64,000 nucleotides of DNA. Origin: Nitrospirales bacterium. Lineage in GTDB: Bacteria; Nitrospirota; Nitrospiria; Nitrospirales; UBA8639. The position numbers were made by a program, and so were the translations under genes. The stretch lies in NCBI GenBank assembly GCA_965203295.1, contig CBDBCZ010000016.1, positions 224,001-288,000 of the forward strand, in the 5' to 3' direction. The first letter of the stretch is position 1, and every line of letters starts with the position of its first letter. Under the pieces are notes generated by a model. It was not told the origin of the DNA. It worked only from the letters and a program-made list of their open reading frames with translations, and made no database searches. Of the stretch, positions 1 to 12,127 are shown in pieces.

Positions 1-373
1 TGAGTGCATGTCTAAAATCAGTTACGCACATGTAGTTGTGCATAAGGATCAGCTGTTATGTACCAGTAAAGGTACATTAAAAATAGGATTCTCACATGAA
101 GCCTCAGATAATAAAGGTAGTATTGATACTGACGCTCATTTTAAGTTGCAACTACCCTCCCCCTGCATATAGCCCCTCTCTGAACCACTTCGAAATGATT
201 GTGGAGATGTGAATGAGTATGTGATATATACACTAGTTGTAGCATACAACTAGTGTATATAGTTGCAGTATATACGTATGTATATACAGCAGCAGATGGC
301 ATCTCATGAGCCACGCTATAAATCACCACCCCAAATGCACAATGTCATTTGTATTACACACTAAATGAAATAC

Positions 374-2732
374 CTTCTTGATCATATCTGGCATCCGCAG
401 CAAGAAATCCCCAAAAAAGATGACATTTTCATAGACATTACCGAGAACTGAGGAAATTTGAAGACACAACTCATATCTGTAACCACATACCAAAGCACTA
501 GCCTTTCTTACCCTCCTGCATCCCCTGCTCTTCAGGAAATGGTAAGTCAGGAGTATACTTGGACTTGGTGATCTTGGTCTTTGCTTCTTCAAGCACCTAC
601 AGATAAAGTATACTGCTGTATCCACTCATTCATGCTAACCTTCAGTTTAGTGTATTGGTACGTTTTAAGGTAATAATTTCAGCATCCGGATGCAGTGAGA
701 ATGCTACTACTACATGTCATGGAGTAGTAGCTAAGTTTGGGTGTAGCACGTGTATCGTGTTTAGGAGATGGGGGGAAGGCCTAATGAGAGAGTAAATACG
801 GTTGGAATTGGCTGGGTCCTACTGGTAAGTGCTACTAGCGGGTTGAGTGGCTATATAAAGCTTGCCTACGTACTGCTCCTCTGCCAAGGGGCTCCAGTAG
901 CTCAATGGTAAGAGCATCTGACTAGTATTCAGAAGGTCTTGGGTTCAATCCCCCGCTGGGTCCCTTATTTCCCCAAGTTTTCTTTACTCTCTCAGAAAGC
1001 TTATCATCTCTTGAAGAGTTTGCATAGAAAGGTATCCAAGTAAGCTAGAATAACATAAGCAAGCTAGAATAACATAAGTAAGCTAGAATAACATAAGTTA
1101 GCTAGAATAACATTAGCAACAGGCTCTATATAGACCAGGATGCATTCAGCTATTATAACACTATAGAGCTAACTAGTAAGCAACTTCTCTATTATTGTGC
1201 TGCATGTATGGCAGAGGTCAAATGCTCCAAGGTCTTTCATGTCACAATAAACACGCAACACCTTTACACGTACTTAACGGCTATCAAGGGTGATTGACTT
1301 TTAAAAGTTAGGTCCTACCGGGAAAATGGCATCCATTAAAAAGGTGATAGTCTTGAATTGTTTGGCATAATCATCAATTTCCCACACTCTCTCTGCAGTT
1401 TCTATTTGCTCTTTACGCTTTAGAGAAAATAGACTCTTGTCTATCAGGTGCAGTCAAGGATTCATAACAGTCCCAGCTTAGCTACAAGCTAGTATACAGC
1501 TACAATCGACTACTGCCTGGTACAGCTAACAGTAACCATTTCCACCATACATATGATGTGTAAGGTACGTTCAGGTGGTACAGGTGTTAAGAGAACCAGT
1601 AACACGTACTCTAGGTTTGATGGTACCAGCTAGGAGCATAAATATCACTGCCATGAAGCACTCATGATAGTACTTGATCCGTGGAACTTATCATCACTAG
1701 GGCACTCGCTCAACAATGTTGAAGGGTGATTCTCAGTTGGCTAGTAGTCATCTTGAGATATACGTATCCTTGTTCCAACCCGCAACAGTTGTTTCAAAGA
1801 GCAGTTTGATTAAATTTCTTTGAAACAACTTTTGGGAGTTGGAACAAGTATACGTATATCTCAAGACTCTCTCAACAAAATTTAGGCCCTTAGCAGGATA
1901 TGGAGCAATGTTCGGTCGTGTGGCATGAATGCACAGTCGAACTGAGGGAAAAGGTGGAGAGAATTTAGAAGTACGGGATGAGGCTTATTCTCTGGCAGCC
2001 AGCCAGAACGCCTAGTGACGACACAACACGGACTGTGGGGTGGATACCACTTGAGCGAAGAAGAACGATGTTCAGACTGTCCCTGATCCAAAGGCATGAG
2101 GAGCCTGGGGGAAAAGCTGAGGCTGAGCATCGATGTGGGACACTACCAGACACGTGGGGACAACAAGCTGTTCCTACCAGCTGCAAGATCAGAGGTATTT
2201 CGACGGTCATTTGTGTTTAGGGGGTCTCAGGACTGGAATCGCTCACCTAATGATCTAAGAATAGCAGGACCGGGAGACAGGTTCAAGAAGGCCATGATGG
2301 AATACGAACAACAACTCTATTTCTTATAATAACTGCTGATTGTCTTTCTTTACTTTTTTTGTCAATTTTTATACCTATCTACTCTCTACTTCATTTTTAT
2401 TGTGTGTGTGTTAGTTTGCGTCCAGGGAGACCAGCCTCTGGTAGTCTCGCATATTAAGCGCGAGGGGCTGGCTACGTGAGGCTAAGCCTCTGGCTGATGA
2501 GACATTCCAGTCTAAAATTAAAATTTATCCCGTCCTATTCTTATTTTTACTCATAATTATTAATCTTAATACATGTTAATAGGATACAGATCTCAAGATG
2601 TTTGTGGTTCCGTGCTTCATTCTCGCTCTGATCGTGTTCTCCTGCAATTGGTCCGGTTCCCTTATCGTCAAGGCCAGCAATCCCTGCTGTATAGGACAAC
2701 ACAGCCAAGTTTACAAGCAGCAACGCCTTCAT
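374..2732 (-). CDS. CCDC134: Coiled-coil domain-containing protein 134, first four coding exons (2732-2588, 1440-1319, 596-512, 447-374); continues beyond the left edge
   Basis: Spliced translation: signal peptide MKALLLVNLAVL..., KHLEIYKSLFSLKRKEQ, VLEEAKTKITKSKYTPDLPFPEE, VLGNVYENVIFFGDFLLRMPD. These match recalled CCDC134 motifs (SLEIYKKMFEVKRREQ; VVENTAFFGDVVLRFP). GT-AG junctions have consistent phases. Confidence 0.85.
730..1020 (+). mobile_element. ~290-bp dispersed repeat carrying a TATA box and a tRNA-like gene (copy 1 of 3)
   Basis: Highly similar to 8888-9178 and to the reverse complement of 57312-57602; begins gctaagtttgggtgtagcacg. Confidence 0.8.
891..963 (+). tRNA. tRNA-Thr(AGT)-like sequence within the repeat (possibly a pseudogene)
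   Basis: A box TAGCTCAATGG, anticodon stem TCTGA/TCAGA with loop CT-AGT-AT, B box GGTTCAATCC; acceptor and T stems imperfect. Confidence 0.45.
1038..1117. repeat. 19-bp tandem repeat (aagctagaataacataagt) x ~4
   Basis: Directly visible. Confidence 0.9.
1751..1866. mobile_element. Palindromic MITE-like element (~116 bp)
   Basis: Arms tcttgagatatacgtatccttgttccaac / gttggaacaagtatacgtatatctcaaga, plus inner gtttcaaaga/tctttgaaac. Confidence 0.65.
1880..2520 (+). mobile_element. 5'-truncated non-LTR retrotransposon (CR1/L2-group) ORF2 C-terminus and 3' UTR in CCDC134 intron 1
   Basis: Frameshifted WIPLERRR...YQTRG...LFLPAARSEVFRRSFVFRGSQDWNRSPNDLR...FKKAM is the typical ORF2 C-terminus of CR1/L2-group LINEs. 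Confidence 0.7.
2442..2484. mobile_element. 43-bp AcademH-like mini element
   Basis: TAGTCTCGC...GTGAGGCTA termini; perfect 9-bp TSD agcctctgg. Confidence 0.75.
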
Positions 2733-3067
2733 TTCAACGGTTTTGGAACGAGTTTGTGCCCATCCAGAACTGAGAATGTGGTCGGGAATGCCCGAATGAC
2801 GCCTACGTATCGAGTTTCGCTGGTCTCGTGCCCGACTGTCGCATATCAAGAACAAGGTTTAAAAAAAGCTCGAAGTCATTAAAGCCATGGTTGGGGTAAG
2901 GAGTTGGCTAAATTATACCATTGTAAATACAGACCAGTAACTATACTATCGTAGAGTACTAATAGTCGAATGTAGAGGTATCTACATGTACGTGGTTAAA
3001 AGTGGGTGGGGCTCATTGTCTTGTTTACCGTATATCGCCTCGTCTGTAGACGCAGCCAGGAAAGTCA
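2733..3067. promoter_or_regulatory. Probable bidirectional promoter between CCDC134 and SGCB
   Basis: Divergent start codons only 335 bp apart; GC-box-like gtgggtgggg near 3003. Confidence 0.5.
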
Positions 3068-4663
3068 ATGTGGAAGAAATACCGCGAAAAGAAGGAAGCA
3101 AAAAAACACCACAGCGGGAACTTTAACACAGGATATGTTGCTGCAAAAGAGCACTACCTGAATAGGAGTGGACTTCGAGGCAGAAAACGCTGGATCTTCT
3201 TCGCGATATTCCTCCTCGTTTGCATCGTTACTCTCGCCCACCTGACCGTAAGAGATGCCACACGCGAAAAAGAGTCTGGCTTGATACACCATGCAGCACA
3301 TATATTTAAATAGAGCATGGTTGCTACAATTAATAAATTAGCAATGTGGCAAACTCAAAGTCAGAGAACTAACACACCTTTTTGTACGTAAAGAGAGTTA
3401 GAGTTGTAATTGGCTAGGCCTAAGTCCTACCACCAATAAGTCACATTTGACTAGCATTCAGAAGCTCAATACAAAGCTTGGCTCTGATTTCTTTTCATTT
3501 TCTCTACTCCCTCAAGATTTCTTCTTCGCATATGGTATAGGAATAATCAGGAGCACGTAAAGACGTCATTATACTCTCCTGAGTATATGTAGTAATAGTG
3601 CTAGCATACATTGGTGTTTTCTTTTGCCCAGCAGATCACTTGTATCATCCTTGGAGTTCTAGAATTTAGAGCAGATGGATTTCCATTCTTGGTCTTCAAT
3701 AGTAATGGTGGACTTGTGTGGCCTGCTGGAGCCAGGATTTCAGATGTTAGGGTAGCGGACGCTATACGCACCTACAGTGGAAGCCAGCTATCTGTATCTG
3801 GACAGGAAGTATGTCATGATCAGTAATTAAGTGTTGTAACAAGGTTATTCCGTGTGGCTGCATTGCATGACATAGACCACCCATTTTTGTTTTGCAGGTT
3901 ACTCTTGAAGCGGGCAGCCAAAGAAATGTTCCATCTAGTGCAGGAGTTCTGAACCCTTCACAGATCACTATTAACGAGTCGAGTGTGAATTTCCTTCCAT
4001 TCACATCCATATTTGTTAGCAGCAATGGACAGAGTTTGCTAGCTGCTAATTCATCACTCATCATGGTCGATAGACTTTCAAACTTGGAGTCACTAAAGAC
4101 TACAAGGATTGTGGCCAACACAGTAAGTTTTGTGTTGATATTCTGCACTGGCTGGAACAGGCATGGGAGACAGGCTGGCTTTGCTATCTGCATGACAAGT
4201 CAGAGACTTTGAAGCAAGACTTGTAAGAGTCCGGGGTAAATTGGAAGATTTTATGTTCAAAAGTGACTTTATTTTTACAGATTAGGGGATCAAACCAAAA
4301 CACAGAGGCAACAGGACCTACTATCAACTTAGTAGGTGCTCGAGGATTGTTTCTTGGAGGAGGGCAAGTGGATATAAGTGGAAGAAGCATTTCATTTAGT
4401 CAAGAGATGGCTGAGGTATGCATTCCAATATTGCACAGCACTGTATGTTCATTTCAATACAATGTTAGTGCCTTTTATTGCTGTAGGTACCCATTCAGTT
4501 CCAGGGAAGGACAGGCATTGCTCTTCAAGGACTACCTCAAATCACCAGTGCTGGCAGAAATGACGGAAGTCAGTATCACCTCTGTGCTTGTTCAAGTGGC
4601 AAACTGTTTAGAGTTCCAGCAAATCCCAGGCGTTGTGCTGCGGCGAATGGACCTTGCAGTTGA
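3068..4663 (+). CDS. SGCB: Beta-sarcoglycan, ~296 aa; exons 3068-3247, 3635-3808, 3898-4122, 4281-4415, 4487-4663
   Basis: NFNTGYV...LNRSGLRGRK followed by a TM helix matches SGCB (NFKAGYI...LHKTGLRGRK). C-terminal Cys cluster YHLCACSSGKLFRV...C...PC. All introns are GT-AG, phase 0. Confidence 0.88.
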
Positions 4664-5229
4664 AGAGGCTTTAGAGCTGTCATGACAGTCATTCTCAACT
4701 TCTATTAAGTGGCATTTATCGTACTGCCCACAAAGGAGTGGGACTATACAGTTATAATTGTAATCTGCTGAGTATTGACAGTCATGCTTGTACGTAATGA
4801 GGGGGCAAGTCAAATTTGGTGGGGCTTTCCAGCAGAGGTCTAGGACTAATCCTGGTCTGGTCACAGTAGTCTCTACAGAGCTACGCAGACGCACAAAGAG
4901 CTACCACACCATTGCTAGCGTACAGCTCCTAGTCAACAGTTCAAAATAAAGGGTCAAAACTTAGACAAAGTACCTGGAACTCTTGGTATATATCATACCC
5001 ACACTGCAGCTTTCACGGCGGCAACAGAGCTAAATTACTCAGAACAAGCTTCTTTGAACCATGCAGCCACATGCTTCAAATTCAGTACAATGCATGCTAT
5101 GTTTTCAGATACTTTTCACTAATCTCAACATAATATAGACTAGCACACTATCTTTCTTTGGCCGGTATAAGCTAAGGAACAGTTAGTGTATGGTAAAACA
5201 CAAGTATTGTTTCTTTTTAACTATAGCAT

Positions 5230-5482
5230 GGGAGATTGTGGTGAAATTTAGTGTGGCCCATTAATTGAGGGTTAACCCTGGTAATTACTATTTTCCCTAT
5301 CGTGGTGTAAAAGAAAGGCTTTAGCACAGGAAATTGTGGTGAAATTTAGTGTGGCCCTGAATCGAGGGTTAACCCTGGTAATTACTATTTTCCCTATCAT
5401 TTAGTGTGGCCAATTAATTGAGGGTTAACCCTGGTAGTTATCGTTTTCCCTATCGTGGTGTAAAAGAAAGGCTTTAGCACGG
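5230..5482. repeat. Imperfect tandem repeat (up to ~99-bp unit, ~3 copies) with palindromic core agggttaaccct
   Basis: tttagtgtggcc...gagggttaaccctggtaattactattttccctatc recurs three times. Confidence 0.8.
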
Positions 5483-6572
5483 GAAATATTGAGAATGGGA
5501 TAGTATGTTAGTTGGCATCAAAAGTGATGTCAGAAGAATGGTAATTTAATATGCCTTTGTTCCAACACCATGAATGAAATTTAAAACTGCATGCCATGTG
5601 TACCCATACTGTTATTATATTGTAATAGCATATCCTGAGAGGCAGCAAAATTCATTGCCCACTGCAATTTGTCATAGGTGATATTGGAATGGAATTTGAC
5701 AAGGAAAAGCTGAGTGGAATTTGTCGTTCTTTCAACGCTACAATTGAAATTTGACTGACACCCATGCTGATATACACTAGGTATACACGTAATGTATCAT
5801 GGGTTTTTAAAGTGTATGGGATTTGTACTCTAAGGGCAGTTGTATGTGCCCTCAGGATTACGTATAACTACATGAAGAGTACAAACCCTTGTAGTCTGGA
5901 AGCCATACAAATCAAAGGCACTGCTCTGTGTTTCGAGCTAATTACTCCAAAAGCAGTATATGTATTGATTACTAGGCCACTAATATACCTAGCCACAATT
6001 GAATTTCACAGCGGGTAATGATTCTTAGAACTGCACTCTTACTAATCCGAACCTAGCAACCTGAAACCTGCAATACCTTGCCAGGCTACGAGTTGGTAAC
6101 ATCACTTGGTTTGGTGGTTTAGGTAAATACGTGTATACATGATATATGTACGTCACGGGGTGGATTGCGTAATAGTGACAAATTGTGGTTGTCTGTAGCA
6201 AAAAGGGATAAATTGTGAAGGTTTTCCACTTTCACCACACTATACCAATATTGGGCGGGACATCTCGCATGTGAGAATTAAAAGTGGCAAGCAAGCCATG
6301 CCTACAGCACTCTCATGCAGTGCTAGGAGCAGGACTATAGTGTACGTGTGGTGGGCGCACTACATCACGGAAACAAGGTGTAGTCTACACACCTCTTTAG
6401 TGTAATTCCTTCCTCGCATCAACTAGCTCCTCCTTCGTATCAACCATACACACCTACTAGCTGAACAGCACTGATCAAGGCTGGAATTAGCTGTTATACA
6501 TCCACTAACCTCAACACTACCTCAACAGAGTTGAGTACTCATAGCAGACCACCCAATTGACCAACTCAGTAA

Positions 6573-6747
6573 CAGTGGAACCCCACTTAGAGGACACCCT
6601 TGAAATAGGACACCTCTGTATCAAGGACACTTTGCTATGTCCCAAATATGTCTTCTCAGTATAAATTTACCCCTGAAATAAGGACACCTCTCTATATAGG
6701 ACACTTCACCAGGTCCCCAATGTGTCCACAATAGAGGGGTTGCACTG
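6573..6747. mobile_element. Tigger/pogo-type MITE
   Basis: CAGTGGAACCCC...GGGGTTGCACTG termini, TA on the right flank, internal aggacacc repeats. Confidence 0.65.
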
Positions 6748-7891
6748 TAGCTAGATACCCAATAGCTTGCACGTATGCAGTAATGGTGGTGGGGGTAACG
6801 TAAGCCACGCTAATGGGTGGGGCTCAGGTTTGTACATAGTACAAATGTTATGACTTCACCATTAATTTGCGATTTAAGATGCTACACAGCTACTTTGTAA
6901 TTATACTGTATGGATGCTAACAAGGATAGGTTAGTTTATTGGGATGCAGGTAGAGCAAATGGCTGACAAATGGCTGACAAATTTCAATTAGGACATGTAT
7001 ACATACACTTGCATACATGTAGGAAAAAGATTATCCCTCCCCTCCCGTGACTAACATATGTACATTGTGCTCAGAATTGTATGTTAATAAAAGGTGGCCA
7101 TACATTTGTCAGGTACATTGAGAGGCATGTAGGTGTTAATTAAGTAATTAAGTCGAAATAATCATCAAAATGCTTATTATTTTGTATAGGGTGCTCCTGA
7201 ATGTAGTTCTTCTGAAGTACGTGTTCTGTTGTGGACCAATCTGACTTGCTAGAATGTACATGTAGTAGTAAAACAATGTTGAATTAAAAACAATATGATG
7301 TACTTATAGATAACAGCAATATCCATTTATAGACAACAAGCTGGCAATGGGAGGTGTAAAGACTTCAATGGTATATACAATTATTATAGGTCTAATTGAT
7401 TTTTTATCAATCACAACACACTTACCAGATTTATGTTGTGACCCTGCCCAATATAGCAGTCGTGATTCCGCTCCACTTATCCAAACAATCCCAAGAAACG
7501 CATCATTCTTAGGTAAGGAAACACAAATACGCACTTGAAAGGAAACCAATTAAAATAAACAAAACAACAATAACATATATATATATATAAATTATATACA
7601 TATTATAATCTTATATGTACCGGTACTAGCCATACACTGACTATTCTTCTTCTTTTCTGGTTTCCTTACTGTAGATGTACCTACTATCGCGTCTGCACAC
7701 TGTCTCATAGGCCATGCAGTTTTGGCCTGTTGCCCAAGGGGCGAGACATTAATAATTATATGTCTATAATAGGGGCACTTATATGGGCTAGTCCTCCTGT
7801 GCAACCTCTTCACTTATGAGATAAACTTTAAAAAGCTGCTACCAGCACTGACATGGCATAAATCTTTCTTTTATGTTTGCACCAAGCTAGC

Positions 7892-7950
7892 TAGTCTCGA
7901 GGGCCAGACTTCCCCCCCCCCCCACAAAAATCGTCTGGCCCTCGAGACTA
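7892..7950. mobile_element. AcademH-like mini element
   Basis: TIR tagtctcgagggccagac / gtctggccctcgagacta; TSD aagctagc. Confidence 0.8.
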
Positions 7951-8108
7951 AAGCTAGCTGGAGTGAAGGCCTGGGAACAAGAGTACCACCAGCACCACTG
8001 AAAGCAGTGCTCACGCCCACCTTGGAGGAAAAAGAATTTCCCGGATACTATTAAATGACGTCACTACCCCTAAGCCACGCCTAGCTAGCTACGTCCTCAG
8101 ATCAGAAA

Positions 8109-11100
8109 ATGGCTGAAGTGAAGGCCGTTGACGTGAGTGCTGTCGCTTCTGACAGCTACCTAGACTCATTGAAGAGGCGACTGGATATCCTAGAAAAGAA
8201 GGTCCTCGGAAAACCGGGTGTTAATCAGCCTCCTCTCGTGTCCACCGTAAAGAGTCTGCAGAAAAAGCTCGACTCGTTGGGAGGAAGTGTGGCCCAGGCC
8301 TGGCAGAAGATTGAATCCCTAGAGGAATTGCTGAGTCTCGAGCGCACTGGTTATCTTAAGCTATCTGAGGATGCCAAAGCTGAACTGCTCCTGAACTATG
8401 CGGAACATCTGAAGCCTCTGTCGGAAAGAGGTGGGCTATTCCATTTAATAATCGTACACCCCCTGTGGATGAACAGTTTGGCAAAAGTAGTACCCCCCCT
8501 AGACATAATTTGGCAGGCAGCCCCCCCTGGACAGTTAATCACTTGTGACTTAGCTCCCCTCTGACACAATTAGTAGTCCCCTAGACAGTCAATCACTTGT
8601 GACTTAGATCCCCCCTGGCGCAATTAGTAGTGGTCTGCCCCCCCCCCCCCCCCCCCCGTAATTAATCATTACTTTCTCATCACCTAGTCTCGCCCTTGAG
8701 ACTACTCATCACCCTAACTATAAATGCTTGGGGCAGATGACGGAATTTTTTTATTCACCATACGTGTGTATTCGGGATTTCTTTACTCTCTCAGAAAGCT
8801 TTCTTCTCTTGATGAGTTCACAATGTGAGTACTTAGTTTTCAGTTCTGTGTCTTTGGTGGTTTAATTACCCCGGCAGACTGATCCAGGCTAAGTTTGGGT
8901 GTAGCACGTTTCTCGTGTTTAGATGGGGGGAGAGGCCTATAATGAGAGAGTAATTACAGTTGGAATTGGCTGGGTCCTACTGGCAAGTGCTACTAGCTGG
9001 TTTAGTGGCTATATAAAGCTTGCCTACTGCTCCTCTGCCAAGGGGGCTCCAGTAGCTCAATTGGTAAGAGCATCTGACTAGTATTCAGAAGGTCCTGGGT
9101 TCAATCCCTAGCTGGGTCCCGATTTTCGGGATTTCTTTACTCTCTCAGAAAGCTTTCTTCTCTTGATGAGTTCACAATTGAGTTGGTGTGGCCTAAAATG
9201 CAAGACTGCATCTGGGTTTAGCTGAACTGAGCAAACTAGTACCTGTCATTGTAATTCCTATTTGCTCCAGCCACTGACAGTCAGTCTGACAAAGCTGAGT
9301 TTTAGTATACACGAACACGTGATCAGCAGGAAGTTGCTGAGTTGGGTTCCCATAACTCAATTACTGACGCTGTACAAAGTGCGTAATGAAGAGTGGGCGG
9401 TATAACCGGTTGTGGTTTGCCACTTAGCTGAGCATTCAGTAGAATATTCCTTCGTGTCTCTAAGTTTGACATAGCGTATCTCTGATATAGAACAGATATC
9501 CAAGTATAGTATTTGGTAGAGCTGTAACACCTGACTATCCTTGTGTTTTTTCCTAGAGACAACACTCGAATTTAGTAGCACTGTGCTTGCCTGAAGTACT
9601 GACATTTCTTGGGTGCTATATCTCCCCTCCTAGCTCGTCTTTTGACAAGTTCTTGTAGTATAGTGTACAGCTGGTGGTAGCCTACCTGTGCAGAAAGTAT
9701 GGGACTGCTGAGTCACCTTGCACCGTGCTGCCCGGAAAGCTAAAGTTGCCATGCGTGCGCAAAAAGATGTAACACTTATTACTGCTATTGTAAACTTCTG
9801 TCACCTGTGCACAGCGTATCCAATATTCATGCAGAAAGTGTATACAGCTTGAGAGATATAACAACTCCAACAGCATGCACTGGTGACTCCATGAGCAGCC
9901 ATTGGCTGAAACCATACGAATTCCAGTACTTCCTGTTCAGATAAAATTCGAGTGTTTGTGTATATTGGTTTGGAAATTCGAGACTCAGTCCCTTGCAACA
10001 TTGATGAATTGAATTTCCAGTTGCACAACTGGGTACCAGTTAGTAGCTGGATATCCCTTTGTACTGTAGTGTACCTGGCACTGTCCCATTGCACAACCAG
10101 ACGTAACAAGCACGTTAATTTTGGACCCCATACATATATTCCCCCTGGAACAGATATTCTGGGTTTGCAGTTTAAAAAGGTTTTGCATGTGTATATGCGT
10201 GTAGCAACCTGTCAATCAGTCAATAGACGACGGTGGATGACAATCCAAAGTGTATCTTAATAAATAGAAACCAATTTACACCGCTTGATCGTGCTGTCAA
10301 ACTTCAACACTAAAGGAGCCTACTCAAACTGGAATCTGTAGTAAGCATAGCCTTGCTCCCAGGCTCCCCCCACTAACACTCGTGAAATAGATGGGAGGAG
10401 AATCCTAGTTGATTTTATCACATGCACACGATATTTGAGTCAAAAGGTACATGATGTAGGTGGATGACGTAGAATGTGGGAAGTGGTGCGTAGATCAGCT
10501 AAGAGCCAGTGACAAGAGTGAAGGGAGTCTTGTTGAAGCTTCTCTAAGAGTGGAAGGACCATTCTCGCAGAAAGGCAGCAGGTGAATTGTAGCAGTATCA
10601 GTTTGAAATCTAGCCACTGTTACTCACCTGGCTGGCTTTGTCTTTGGCCAGAATGGTCCTTCCACTATTTGAGAAGCTTCAAACAAGTCTCTAGTCACCC
10701 TTTTTACTGTTTCTTTGCTGATCTGCTGCACCGTTTTGCACATTCTATGTCATTCATACACCTTTTAACATCAAACATCTACCTCAATGTCACGTGCACA
10801 TGTTAAAATCAACCACCCCTCCTTGGAAGTGCCACACCTCTTGGAAGAAATACGTGTACTTTAGATTTGTGATGTAATACAGTGCTAAAATAGCGGGTAA
10901 ATGGTAACTTTTCTCATGAGTAGCCTTGTTCCCAGTTCCACTGCCCAGTTATTTTGCACAGTGGGCCCACAAGACCAAAATCACTGCATGGGCATACAGT
11001 AGCTAGTGTGAAGGGAAGACGACTCAAACTTACATTTATGTCTTGTTACGGTTTATAGTAGAAACTTACAGTTAGAATAGTGTGTGTTGGTGCTTTTTTT

Positions 11101-12127
11101 GAGCACCTGATGATTCACATGTAGCCATTATGTAGCAAAAGGAGAGCACCTTTTCTGTATTCTAGCTCTGAACACTTACTAGTAACTGTTACTGTTTATA
11201 GCTGTACCATTGTAAACAAGTCTGACATTTTATGTTTAAAAAATCAGCCGGGCACCTTTCCCGTACATTACAATTAATTACACACAACTCAGCTTGGGCC
11301 AAGCTAACTGCAACTGTAAAACTACGGCTATACTACAGTATAGTCACGTTCTCAGACCTACAAATCATAGGCATTCTGTAGAGACAACGCAGTACAACGA
11401 AAGTGCTGACTCAGCAGTTTCATCGTGCGCTTCTAGTTAGTAGCTATACACCACCAAAACAGGACCTTTACGGCTGCCTACCACGTTTTTGCCATCTAGG
11501 CAACACACAACTACCTTCGTTTGCTGTAGCTTGGCCTGCTAACCTCTAAAAGCCGCTATATACTGCAGTTGCATAGTAACGTATGACGTAACATATTGCG
11601 CACGTGATAAGTGCGGACACACAAACAGACATACAAATGCGGAAAACGTAAAGCAATCTTAGGACCAGCCGTTCGTGCGCTGCGCGCGCTCCGGCTGGTA
11701 AAAAGGCTTACACTGACAAAACGTGAATGAGATTCAGAAGTCTATTCTGATATGTATATGATCCTTAGACTGAAGACTCTCGCTGTAGCTATCTCCTACA
11801 AACCTAATGAGCATTGTTTTTTTAGCCGTAAGCTCTAGTTGGCCAATAGTTATACTTATTTTCATATAATTTTCTACCCTCTAATCTTCAGTGGATGATA
11901 TTCAAAGCCACAAGGATTACCTCAATTCCACTGAATTTCAAGGCCTGGATAACCACGAGAAGAAGCTTGCAGCCACCACTAGGGCGCACACACAGCAGGA
12001 AATGCAGGTGGAAACCTTGTCCACTCAAATTAGAGATCTCGCTCATGTCTATCATCGAATTATTTTGCAGCTATCTGCACAGTGTATTGAATGGGATGAA
12101 CTGCTATCAAAACATGAATCATTGTAG
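8109..12127 (+). CDS. DCTN3: Dynactin subunit 3 (p22/p24), ~185 aa; exons 8109-8430 and 11892-12127
   Basis: LKRRLDILEKKVLG; LSEDAKAELLL; LSAQCIEWDELL (cf. LSKQFVQWDELL). The phase-1 GT-AG junction gives ...SERVDDIQ. Confidence 0.85.
8685..8704. mobile_element. 20-bp AcademH-like remnant or footprint
   Basis: tagtctcgcccttgagacta flanked by perfect 9-bp TSD ctcatcacc. Confidence 0.7.
8771..9178 (+). mobile_element. tRNA-cassette repeat copy 2, with a duplicated 54-bp 3' end placed upstream
   Basis: 8771-8824 is identical to 9125-9178; body 8888-9178 matches copies 1 and 3. Confidence 0.8.
9046..9119 (+). tRNA. tRNA-Thr(AGT)-like
   Basis: Cloverleaf: D stem GCTC/GAGC, anticodon stem TCTGA/TCAGA (AGT), T stem CTGGG/CCTAG, acceptor GCTCCAG/CTGGGTC with one mismatch. 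TATATAAA ~30 bp upstream and TTTT just downstream. Confidence 0.5.
11210..11704 (+). mobile_element. Dispersed non-autonomous repeat, Helentron/HINE-like (family A, copy 1)
   Basis: Similar to 29900-30558 and to the reverse complement of 39794-40225; terminal hairpin accagccg...cggctggt next to an A/T run. Confidence 0.6.

Noticed and set aside
8431..8564. C-terminal part of the 151-aa ORF 8109-8564 as the true DCTN3 end
   Set aside because: This is read-through into the intron; the conserved C-terminus is in 11892-12127.
8790..8835. Hammerhead ribozyme in the tRNA-cassette tail (GAAA...TTGA(T/A)GA)
   Set aside because: The core is TTGANGA rather than CTGANGA and I could not build stems I-III. 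An Infernal search would settle it.
9046..9119. tRNA-Sec (upstream TATA, extendable acceptor stem)
   Set aside because: The anticodon is AGT, not TCA, and there is no long variable arm.
9320..10260. Overlapping 77-102-aa ORFs in the DCTN3 intron as a nested gene
   Set aside because: No recognisable motifs or coherent exon chain.
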